From contig NW_003314315.1 in assembly GCF_000143415.4 (NCBI RefSeq), positions 248,001 through 312,000 on the forward strand: a DNA stretch of 64,000 nt. The letters run 5' to 3'. This DNA comes from Selaginella moellendorffii. Lineage: Eukaryota > Plantae > Lycopodiophyta. Both the position numbers and the translations under genes were made by a program. Positions 47,067-58,904 of the stretch are shown here, in pieces; position 1 is the stretch's first letter, and the number at the start of each line of letters is the position of its first letter. The notes under the pieces are model-generated. The model saw only the letters and a program-made list of their open reading frames with translations, did not search any database and was not told where the DNA came from.

Positions 47067-47741
47067 TCAAGCGTAGCACCTGTTTCCATTGCTCGATTTA
47101 GTCTTCAGCCCGGGAACTTCTCCATCGTCCTCCACGGGGACCTTGGCAAACAAAAGAAAAATAAGATCTTGCGTAAGTTTCCAGTGTTTTCTGTCCGAGA
47201 TCCAGAGGGAAAAAAAATTCATCGACGAGAAAACGATCTTCTATAACGAAATCTGGATGATGTAGAGCACTAGAAAACACAAGAATCTAGAAAGAAAAGG
47301 AGAAGTTTAGAGAGAACCTTGTAATCCGGGCCTATAACTCTGTGATGCGATGTTTCGGCGACAGAACCCGTGGAAAGATTGTGAAGCCGCGGGTATGGGA
47401 TCTTGTAGTGCCAAGCGATCTCATACCGGGTCTCCCCTTCAAATATCTGCAAGAGACAAATATTTCATGGCCGAATGGATCAGAGCAAACTGGGGAACAC
47501 AAACACCTTCTCGTTGATCAGCTTGGAATCAGACAAATGCTGGTTCTTCCGGAAGAGCTGCACGGCCTCGTCCTGGAGAGAAAGATAAGGAGAGAGAGAG
47601 AGAGAGAGAATTTGAGCGAGAAGAAAGAACACCACAATCTCCTACCTTGATGTATTGCTTCTCGTTCTCCGGACCAGGCCATGTCCGAGACGATCGCAGT
47701 AACGATCGGTAGAGCGCCAGCGCCCTCGCCCTCGTTCCCAT
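47067..47741 (-). CDS. LYR-motif protein (LYRM1-like); 3' exon uncertain
   Basis: MGTRARALALYRSLLRSSRTW..EKQYIK|DEAVQLFRKN..|..RYEIAWHYKIPYPR. Confidence 0.75.
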
Positions 47742-48034
47742 TTCCACACAGAAGAAATTAGGGCTTTACATTATCCAGATTCGCTGCTAGTGTAAGAATA
47801 TTCTCCGGTCAATCCGGAGTAAGTAATCCTCGGCTTGCTTGAGAGCTCCGAGTGAGACTTGGTGTGATCGCCATCGATGTGATTATCTTGCCAACACTAT
47901 GGAGTGATCGACGACTTCACAACCAGCTCAAGTCTAGAGGTGAGAGCAAAAAGAACTCCAGTGAAAGTACCTCTTCTGGATCAACTTAGAAACCAGGATG
48001 GGAATGCGAATTCCCACAAAGTCGAGCGAGCTTG

Positions 48035-49161
48035 TCACTTCCTCCACACGGCCAACACATCGTCAGTCCGGAACCGCTGAGTGCACGTCGATTCCTCCAG
48101 TGGAGTAGTGATGCCAGCCTCAAACGCCAGGAGCCCAGTATACGCGATCATGGCTCCATTGTCTATGCAGTATCTGTCGTCCGTCGCGAAGAGCTTGCCT
48201 CCCCTCTCGTCGCACATCACCTGCATCATGGCTTGCAGCCTCTGGTTGCATCCAACGCCGCCGACGATGAGGACGTCTCGCTTGTCACAGTGAGCCATTG
48301 CTCGTTCCGTGATCTCCACCAGCATCGCGAACACAGTCTCCTGCTTGGTCTTTCCGAGATGAGAAAACAGTACGAGGAAAAAAGAGATTTTTACCTGCAG
48401 TGAGAAGCACAAATCAGCTGGAGTGCACTCCTTGGCTGCCAGCTTCTCGGTCGCAACGCTCTCAATGTAGCTCAAAATGCCACTGAAAGAAACGTCCATT
48501 CCTTTCACCACGTAAGGCAGCTCAATGTACTCGCTCCCCTTCTTCGCGAGCTATTACGTTGAAGAAACCATCCATGAGAAGAACAAGGAAAAGAAAAAGC
48601 TCCAAGAGCTACCTGTTCGATGTTATAACCCGGAGCTGGATCGTTGGAGATGTTGAGAACTCTGGCAAATCGATCCAGGCAATTCCCCACAGCGATATCA
48701 ATCGTCTCTCCAAAAATCCTGTAGCGCCCTTCGCTGTAAGCTATCACCTGCGTGTTCCCACCACTGACATAGAGCACCACTGGATCGCTGGCGCCAGTTA
48801 CAACTCTCCCCATCTCAATGTGAGCCACGCAGTGATTGACAGCCACGATGGGCTTCTTCCACAGCAGCGATAGAACCCTAATCACCACTGCCACTGTCTG
48901 GAGCGGCGCTCCCATCCCAGGCCCCTTAGTGTAGCACAGGCAATCGATGTCGCCCGGGGCGAGCCCGGCCTCGTCCAGCGCCGCCTTGATCAGGGGCAAG
49001 ATCTGCTGCTGGTGATGGATTGCCGTCTCGCGCGGCAGGAATCCCTCACCTGGTGGAGTGATGTAGGTGCGCCGCGGATTGGCGAGGATTGTCCCATCGC
49101 TCTTGGCAATGCCGACGCCGATCTTGTTCGCGGAGCCCTCTATCCCCAGCGCTATCTTCAT
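48035..49161 (-). CDS. KAE1: tRNA N6-adenosine threonylcarbamoyltransferase (KAE1/OSGEP), 3 exons
   Basis: [79 protein letters not shown]. Confidence 0.96.
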
Positions 49162-49773
49162 CTCTTGGGGTTTAGGGCTTTAGGGGATCCAAAAGCCCTA
49201 ATCGGAATCTTTAATGGAATATCCTCCATTATAGGGCGACCTGGCCATGGGCGATTCAGTGACGAGGTATGGCGCTGAGTCGATCGATTTGCTGTAGCTG
49301 GATCGATTACTGTAGCTAGAAAGCGCTAGCGCTTAAAATCTCCGCTGCATGCCTGTGGAGCGGCACCATTTTTCACTCCAGGGCCGTGCTCTGCCGCTTG
49401 CGTCGTTGTTTAGCTGGGGAGCGCTGCAATTTGCGCCCCTTTTCCCTAGCAATCCTTCGTACCTTGCATTGATTTTGCTGCCTTTCGAGTCGCGATCACT
49501 GGATTGTCTCACTTCCGTTATGGTGATTTTAACTTAGTCTTCTTTTCTTTGTTTTTGCGTCCTTGTGTCTTTCCTGCCTTATCACTGAGGCTTTGTTTAT
49601 TCTTCTCTTCGAGCGGTGAACGCGTGAAGTACTTTGAGCGATTTTTCTTTGCCTTCGTCTTCTTTCCTCTCTTTGTTTTCTCTCCATACGATTGTTTCTA
49701 GCCTCCGGCCAACTCCTGCTAGAACAGCGGGAGATTTTTTAGAACTACACACACGAGAGCTTAGCAACGCAGT

Positions 49774-51457
49774 ATGGCAGGATTTTCAAGACGGATTTTG
49801 GCAACAGACACTCCCGTCATGGTTCAGGTGCTTTACTGGAACTGGAAGAGGGGAAGAGAGCAAGAGAGGAAGATTTTGCACTTTGATTCTTTTCTTTTGT
49901 GTCCCGACTGTGCGTTGTAACGTTGTTAGCTGTGGAAGCTTGCAGGTTCAAGAGCTTCTTCAAGGAAGAAACGATGTTGTCTCGCTTGCCCAGGTCTCTT
50001 CCACATTTGTTTGATCTGATTACAAATCATTCTTCCAGGGAGTTGTCCATTGGCAGCCTCCACCGCAAGCTCTCGAGAAAGTCAAAGATCTGATACAGGA
50101 GATTTCTACAAGCCGCTATGGCCCAGACGATGGCCTTCCGGAGCTTAGGCTTGCACTTTCCGAGAAGGTTTGTTTCTTTTCTTCTTGCTCTCTTTTTTTC
50201 TAACTCACACCTTTCGTTTCTTCGTCCACAGCTTAAGAAGGAAAACAAGCTTTTCAAGTCTTCGGTGATGGTCACCGCTGGTGCAAACCAGGTGAACTAG
50301 CGCAATCTTCCGTTCCATAGGCATTTATTGTTCTAGTGATTTTTTCTCCCAGGCCTATGCGAATTTAGCACTCAGTTTGTGTGATCCAGGAGATTCCGTG
50401 GTAATGTTTGCTCCATATTACTTCAATGCGTACACGACATTCCAAATGACTGGCATCTATGACATCGTCGTGGTTCCCAGTCATCCAGGCACTTGTCATC
50501 CAGATCCAGGTACTTCAGCTTCTTTTTCTGATGATTCTCTACGAACATTTACAACAGAAATGCTGGAGGAAGCTCTTCGTGAGCATACCCCAAAGCCGAG
50601 AATTGTTAACGTTGTGAATCCTGGAAATCCTTCTGGTACTTATTTACCAGAGGAAACACTCAAGGCAAGATCACCTCTCTTGCGATTTTTTCCTGGCTCT
50701 AAATTTCGTTTTTCGACACAGCGAATATCGGAGCTGTGCAAGAACGCTGGAGTTTGGCTCGTTGTAGACAACACGTACGAGTAAGTTTCTCCCCTATTCT
50801 TTGCTTTTTCTTTTCCTTAAACTTGCTACTTGAAGGTATTTCATGTACGATGGTCGCAAACACGTTTGCATCGAAGGTGACCACATACTAAACGTCTTTT
50901 CGTTTTCCAAAGCTTACGGCATGATGGGATGGCGAATAGGATATGTAAGAATCTCTCCATCAAAACCATTTTTGCTCTCCTTATCATTGCCTTGGTGGTG
51001 CTCACAGATCGCCTATCCATCAACAGTGCCCGGCTTTGGCGAGCAGCTGCTCAAAGTCCAAGACAACGTCCCCATTTGCGCGTCGATCATCGGGCAAAAA
51101 CTTGCTCTGGCCGCTCTAGACGCTGGTCCTCAATGGGTCCTGGAACGAGTAGCGAGACTAGGCAAGAACAGGGCCATGGTTTTGGATGCTCTCTCGCCGC
51201 TGGGCCAAGGAGCTGTGAAAGGAGGCGAGGGGGCGATTTACTTCTGGGCCAAGCTTCCGGAGAAATTCCCAGACGATGTAGCAGTCGTGAAATGGCTGGT
51301 TTCCAAGCACAAAGTTATGGTGGTTCCTGGTAGCGCTAGCGGAGGAAAGGGATGCATTCGAATCTCCTATGGTGGATTGGACGAGGGGAGCTGCGAAATC
51401 GCGGCGGCGAGGCTTAAAGCCGGCCTGGAAGAGCTTGTTCTTCGCGGTTGTGTCTAG
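49774..51457 (+). CDS. ISS1: PLP-dependent class I/II aminotransferase, VAS1/ISS1-like
   Basis: TDTPVMVQ; SLAQGVVHWQPP; YGPDDGLPELR; VMVTAGANQ; FAPYYFN; VNPGNPSGT; DNTYEYF; SFSKAYGMMGWRIGY; LLKVQDNVPICASII. Confidence 0.9.
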
Positions 51458-51505
51458 GCGGGAAAAAGTTTTAAAATTTGAATTTGAATTGATTTTTAAA
51501 CTGGC

Positions 51506-51526
51506 GGGCTAGGGCTAGGGCTAGGG
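51506..51526 (+). promoter_or_regulatory. Potential G-quadruplex GGG(CTAGGG)3
   Basis: Four G3 tracts with CTA loops, 9 nt before the CFAP44 ATG. Confidence 0.6.
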
Positions 51527-51535
51527 CTTTTGGCG

Positions 51536-54500
51536 ATGGAGAGTCCAGCAGCGCCTGTGGCGCCGGTGGAGCAGAAGGCCGAGCGCCTTCCACAGGATGC
51601 TGGAAAACTGGTTTTCTCGTTTGGATTCGAGGTGCGTCGCGAGAAATTCCGCTGTTCTTGGGATCGCAGCTGATTTTTCTTCCTTTTGTCTCGCAGGGAA
51701 CACGGAGGAACAACATTTGCTACATCGAGCCTAGTATTCTAATGCACACTTGTGGAAACACCATTCACTTCCTCGACGTTAGAACCATGACTGCGACTTA
51801 TCTTCCCGTGAGTTTTTGTGGTCCGGTCTTTCTTCCACCTTGTCATGCTTGGTTTTATGTTTTCTAGAGTGTTGGAGGTCTCGGGATTGGAGCAGTAGCG
51901 ATCCATCCAACGAAGAAGTACTTTGCAGTGTGCGAGAAGGGGATTAATCCGAATATTTATATTTATGACTATCCGAGCTTAGTGTACACGAAGGTATGGA
52001 GTTCAGTGTCTTTCTGATTTGAAATATATAATTTAAGGCAGGTTTTAAAAGATGGTACCGAGAGGCTCTTCAGCGCTGCCGCGTTTAAGCACGATGGAAA
52101 TCAGCTTGCAACAGTTTGTTTATTCTTTTCAAGCTGAAGTTTTCCAGAAATTTAGAATCGATGTTGCTGCAGGTTGGAGGCTATCCCGACTACTGGTTGA
52201 CTGTATGGGATTGGCACAACGAGACAATTATCTTGAGAGCGAAAGCCTTCTCGCAGGAGGTTTTTAATGTAAGCGTGGTGGAATTTTTTAACTGAGCGTT
52301 GCTTATTTTGTTATGTGTTTCTTAATGCAGGTGTCTTTCTCGAAGTACTTCTCTGGTCAGTTGCTTACCTCTGGCGTTGGACACATTCGATTCTGGAATA
52401 TGGCTTCCACTTTTACCGGAATGAAGCTAGAGGTAAGATATGAGGATAAAGCCTCTACATATCGTCTAATTCGTGCTCGATTTTGCGCAGGGTTTTATAG
52501 GAAAGTTTGGACAAGTACCACTAAGTGATATTGCCGGTTATGTAGAACTTTCCAATGGAAAGGTGTGGCTTAGCATTTGTATCCTCGTGTGCTAGATAAT
52601 TCTCTTACTCAGGTCCTCTCCGGAACAGAGGGAGGCGGTATTATCGTATGGGAAGGCGAACTCGTCAAATGCCAATTAAAAAGAAAAGGAGGGCTAAGCT
52701 GCCATGATGGAATGGTGGAGATCACAATTCACGAAACGGGGGTTAATGAGTTGATTACGTGCGGATCTGATGGATACATAAGGTTCTGGGACTTTGGAAC
52801 GGTATGTAAAATTCTTGTAAAGCTGTTGTCTCATGCGACTGGTTTCTCTGAAGTGGTTGGACGCAGCTGATGATGGAGATGAGAAACTCATTTGCGAGGT
52901 GAATCCCCTTCGAGAGCTTTTCGTTGATCCGGAGTGTAAAATAAAAGGGATCTTGTTCGAACAAGACCATTGGATGATTCAGGTCGGTATTTCCGTTTTT
53001 TACTCGCCGCGACGACAAAGCTGGCATGAATTCTACGGAATGGACAGGATGAAGGTGGTGCATTATGGAGGGTGCATGTGCCATCGTTTGAGCTAGAGCA
53101 GATTCTGGAGTTCCATGCAGGGGCAATAGTTTCGATAGCGAGCTCGCCAAACAGTTATTACATTGCAACGGCAGGCACAGATGGCACGGTAAGCGAAAAG
53201 GGGTACACTTTGTTGGTACTCAAAGGCGCTCCTAACTTGCAGGTGAGACTTTATAACTTCAAGCAGCAGAAACAAATATACAAGCGACGGTTTTCAGCAC
53301 CGTGTACCACAATGATCTGGATGCCACGGACAGTCGATCCTAAATGCAAAACCATTGCTGTAGGATTTAAGGATGGAGTGGTGCGTATGCTGCAACAGTG
53401 CAGTACCAGATGGAGGCTTCTGCATGCAATGAAACCTCATAACGTAAGCATGGATAATATCATATCATGAAATGGATTTTCCTGCAGATGGAAGTCACAG
53501 GACTCAAACTCAGTCCGGATGGCGAGCTTCTGGCAACTGTATCAACAGATGCAACAATTTTTTTCTTCCATTGCCTCGAAAATTACAGGCCAATTGGGTA
53601 CGTCTGCATATGTTTGGGAAAGCTATCAATTTACTATGTTGGCCTGTAGATTTTGTAAATTTGCAGCGGGGGTAGGGTGCTTGGATTGGTCTCCTAATGG
53701 GGACTACGTGCTATTGGCGTGTAAGAACTGCGAGATTCTTGAGGTTGCTCGACCACGTACGTCGACGTACTTTCTTTAAGTGATCGATCTGATCGTATCT
53801 TGTGATGCAGCATTACATCCAGATACCAAAGTTACGTATGAGCTGGCATTGCCGTCGAGAGCTATTTCGTTTCTTCTCCCAAAGATTAAAAAACCGAAAC
53901 CGCCGCCACCTCCACAACAACCAAAGCCGGCCAAGGTATTGATTGCAATGCCATGTTATTCTTCTTATTCCTGCTTTCAGCGTTGACTAGACAAGTGAAG
54001 GCGAAGGAGGTGAAAATCCTGAGGGTGCTGCAGCGACCGAGGGCACTCCTCCAGCAGAAAGAGCCTCTGGCGAAGGTCAAGCTGTTGAGGGAAAGGAAGG
54101 AGAGGCAGGAGAGGGAGGTGAAGGTGAAGGAGAGGGTGAAGAAGGACCTGAAGGACCTGAAGTAGCCGAAGGCGAGGGGGCTGAAGGTGGAGGACGGGAA
54201 GCAGAGGAAGGAAAGAATAAAAAGAAAAAGAAAAAGAAGGCTCCCCCGCCGCCAGCAGTTGAAGAAGTCCTACCCGATGAGTTTTCCTCTTCATTCCAAG
54301 CAAGAGCATTGTTGTACACAAAAAGTAGCATGAACACATTCTACGTATCGCTAGAGGTGAGCACACTTGTCAACTCGTCATATTCTTACATTTGGAATTT
54401 TTCCTTTCCAGGGGAAGACGGGATTGCTGTATGAATCTCATGCCGACTCTAAAGACGCTCTAGGATATGCGCCGTGGAGTCAAGGAACGCTAACTACGCT

Positions 54501-57500
54501 CGAGTACGTTACTCCTTTCTAGCTCAATTACGCTTCAACCATTGTTTAACTGTAGGTACACGCATTCGATGGAGTATGTTGTCTCAGGAACAGCTGATGG
54601 AGTCGTTCGCATCAATACTACTCCTCACGCTGGACAATTGGGTTTAGTACAGCAGCAAAAGTACTGGGAGGTATCAATGCGTAACATACAAGTTTCTCGT
54701 TTGACATTCCTTTACAGGGTAATGTTCACGATTGCTACTCGGGTTCCATTGGTAACTGTGTCATGAGCTATGACAATTTGTATTTGGTACTTGTTGTTGT
54801 TGCATTCTATTGAGTATCTAACCTGACATTCTGTCACTGTGCAGGCCAGTGTCGCCCATGATGGCAGCTTTTTCCTTTATGAGATGTCTTTGGAAACAGG
54901 GGCCCCTAGGCATCCTGATACAAAAACTAAAGGTTTTATGTTAATGGTGATACATTCCAGAGGCTGACTTTCACGTTTGTGCTGCATTTGACAGATCTTG
55001 AAGATACTTTGCCAGACGCATCAGACGTCCCCCCTGGGGTCTATAGCATCGAGGATGACAAACAGAAAACGGAACAAGAAAACAAGCTCAGGACTGCATT
55101 GCAGAAGAAAAAGCTTGTCACTGACAGATTGGATAGGATCCGGCGAGAACTGGAAGAGCTTATCAAAGTAAACAAAGAAAAGACGCCAACCGAAATGATT
55201 CCTTTCGAGACTTTTGAGATAGACTCGAGTTTGAGGGGGTAAGAACTTTCGAGTATTTTAGTATTTTAGTCATGGCTTATTTTTACAGTATACTCGAAAA
55301 CGAGATCAAGGAGAAAGTAAGAAGTGCTCGCGAAGAATTGCAATGGGAGAGTGAAAGGAGCGAGATTGCACTGTCCAAGCTTCGGGCATTTCTGCTCGAT
55401 CCTCTGGAGGTCTGCGTTGTCCTTGCGTTTATTCTAATAGTCAGAATTTCTAGTGCAGGTTGAGCATATTGTTTTGCATGCATTCCGAACAGATGGCCAT
55501 GTCTGTAGCTTTCGCACGGAAAAGCTTTCCCCAGAAATGAAGGTTGGTACCAGGAACAAGAAAAGTATGTTTCTGTAATTGTTGCTTCTGCTGATTAAGA
55601 TGATAGAAGAAGCAAAAGCTATCACGGATGACAAAAGCAAAACCCAAGAAAAAGATGGTGAGGATGGCAAGGTGTGTATTCACTCGTCAGCATTTATTTG
55701 CTTTAATACTTTTGGTATGTCTTGTAGGAAGGTGGTGAAAGCGTTGTTTCCGAGCTAGAAGAAGGTGAAGACGACGATATCATCACAAAACAGGATTTGA
55801 GAAGGCTCAAACTTAAGAAAAAAGAGGATGAGTATGAAGATTACCTGAAGACAAAGCCGGATGATGTGTGATTGATGCTATCAAAGTTACAAGGATCTCA
55901 TGCAAGTTTCCTTGGTCTTTGTTTATAGGCTTATGCCAACCCGGAGGACCTTGAGGCCATAAAGCACGCAGAGAATACAAAAGGAGATTTCAAGCTAAAG
56001 ACAGACCTGACATATGTGCCGCCGGTAGAACAAAGAACAAATGCCGTGAAAAAGAGAAATGAAATGGTCTTTTTATACGAAGCCATACACGACCGAAAGA
56101 TGAGCTTCAACAGTGAGTTTCTCTCTCTCAGAGAAAAAAAGAAGCAGATAAGATTCCAGATAACACAACGAAATTCAAGGATTTCAGAGATCAATAATCT
56201 GCTCAGGTATTTTCTTGTGCCGGAATCGAAACTTACAATGCTGTTGCTGTTGCTGCTACAGGATCAAAGAGGAACCTTTATACACTCCTCTAACTTTCAA
56301 AGATGAAGCGCCGGAAGAGCGGAACAACATTACTAAGAAAGTCTGTTGTATCCCTTTTATGAACGGGCTCAAACATTCTACCTGTACAGGATCTGGACGA
56401 CTACATTGAGAGGAAGAGGAAAGCAGAGATGAAAGTGGAGGTATTCCTTTTGTCTACACACACTGCTATATGGTTCAAGAAAACAAAGTTTTGTGTGTAG
56501 GAAAAAGATAAAGGTGGTGGCTTCGGAGGATTCGGTGGTGGCCCTGTGAAAAAGGTGGAAAGGAAGGCAGAGAAGGCTGAAAAGGGAGCTGAGAAAGCCG
56601 AAGAAAAGAAGGCAGCCGACCCTCAACGAAAAATGTCTAGGAAAATGTCAGAAAGAGTTTCAAGGAAAACGATAAGAGAGGGTGAAATAGCATCAACAAC
56701 ATCAGCGTTGCGTGCTCCTTCGATCCTGGAGGTAAAAAATGTTCTGTGTTTTGGGTTTTTGAGCTGGTTTTTCTGTGCTGCAGCAAGCTGAACAGGAAGC
56801 ATTTATTGTGAAACTGAAATATGAGAAGGCGCTGAATAAAGAGAGAATTGATTTGCTCATCTCTACATTTGATAGTGATTTGGAGGACTTGAGGAATCGG
56901 AGGTTTACGCTCGACGTAAAAATCAAGGGTGCTGAACTGAAGATGCTCATCCTTTATCAAGTAAGTTCTCTGTACACGCTTCTGTTCTCTTTCCAAGTGT
57001 TTGTCTCGAGCATTGATGTTTCAGGAGCTTAGACTTCTTCAAACACTTCAACCCAAGGAGCAAGCTCTACAAAATCGCCATACTGCTAAGCTGCTTGAAG
57101 CGGAGGACCTATTAGTAAGATCTGTTGTCAATGATGCCAGGATCAGCAATAGATTTTTAAATTTTTTGTGAACAGTCGAAAATAAGCGACCAAGAAAAAG
57201 CTGTGGAGTTGAAAAAGCAAGAGGTGGCTGGATTGCAAGACAAGAAGCAACAGGTTCGCAGTAAAACTGTTGTTTTGCTAGTTTGGTTATGGTCTATGTG
57301 CAGCTCTTGGTGGAGTTTGAGCAAATGATGGGAGAAAACAATCCGTTCAGGGACACTCTTCAGAAAATCTACACAAAGAAGATCAAACGACCGAAACCAA
57401 AAGAACCTGGTGAAGAATCGGATTCGGAAGAGGAATCGGATTTGGAAGAAGGAGGCTCCGATGAAGATTTTGAAGAAGAAGAGGTTTGTAGCGCATGCAA

Positions 57501-58799
57501 TGGAACAAAATGCAGTGAGTTCTTTTTCAGACACCCGAAGTATGTCCCAGCGGATGCGAGGAGTCCCTGTATGCAAGCGTTCTTGCTCTACGTGAAAGAC
57601 GTCTTGACGTCGACGAAGCCCTCGTGGAGAACGTGAAACTTCTAGACAGTAAGATCTTTCTTGTGTTTACGTTTCGCTTTGCTAACATCGGTGCGCCACA
57701 GGCATGCAAAGAGAGAAAGAGACGAAGTTGAAGAAGAAGAAAGGAATAGACGTTGCTCTCGAGACAATCAAACGCGAGCTAGGGGAGTTTCAGAAACAGA
57801 AGCAGACTGCCTTGAATCAGATCGACGTCGCAGTCACACTTTACATGCATCAAGTTAGTATTCTCCCCTTATCGTTGATTTCCAGCTTACTGGCGTGCCA
57901 CAGGTCGAGTACATCGAAAATGCCGCGATTCCCAAAGACCTGTCCGGTGGCCTCGTCTTTACAAACGCCTCGTTGAAGCAACTGAGAGCGACGATTGAGA
58001 GGCATGTAGCCGAGAAGGCGGCACTGAGGAGATTGCAAAAGGACCTGCGAAAGGAGTACGCGGCACTGGTCCGTGAACGAAAAGCTGAGGAAGAAAACAC
58101 TACTGATACGGAGCAAAGAGTCATTGACGTGCAAATGCTCAGATTTGGACAGGTTTGCCAAGCTTTTCCATTTTTTTTTCTTTTCCTCGCTGGTGTTTGC
58201 TCATTGGTATTTCCAGGTGATTGACCTCTCCGTTGTGGAGCTTATACGTGTCAGGAGGGACACTTTAGAGCTTAAGGATAGAGTCAAGCAGCAAGAAGCA
58301 GAGTACAGTGCCGAGCTTGGCGAGTTGAGCCGCAATTTGGACGATGCCACTGACGAGCTTGCACGTAAGCTCTAGCTTTGTCCATCTAGCTTGAATTTCT
58401 TTCCTTCTCTTTTCCTGGAACAAACAGGTGCTATGCGAGAAAACTCAGCCTCGCTCTACACAATAGCGGATCTTCAGGAGAAACGAAATGCCATTGAAGC
58501 GGCAAGTCACAGACTGTTCCCTCTCGCTGCTAAGTTTTTCTCACGGTTGTCTCTCGCAGAGCATGAAAATCAAAGCGAGAGCCACATTCCGAGACCCGCT
58601 GATCGAAAAGCGTCGGGACGCAGCAGAGCAAGAGCGATTGCGCCAGGTACTCACAAATCTAAGAAAAAGAAAAAAGAAAAATACTCAGGAAGAAAACTCT
58701 CGGCTTGTACAGATTGTCGTCCGGAACGCTCAAGTCATGGACAGCCTCGAAGCCCAATTAAACTACGTCCACAACAACATCGAATCAATCTTCCCATAG
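51536..58799 (+). CDS. CFAP44: Cilia- and flagella-associated protein 44 (WDR52), many short introns
   Basis: SFGFE|GTRRNN; GLGIGAVAIHPTKKYFAVCEKG; VGGYPDYWLTVWDW..ILRAKAFSQEV; LLTSGVGHIRFWNMASTFTGMKL; YSIEDDKQK; GDFKLKT..YVPP; KIYTKKIKR. WD40 N-half and coiled-coil C-half. Confidence 0.9.
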
Positions 58800-58904
58800 C
58801 AAACGAGCTCGGCTTGATTGTTTGATTGTCTTTCGAAGGCTTATACAACAACAAAAAGGCTTATAAGTAGCACACGTATATCAACGACTCACCCGGACAG
58901 AAGT

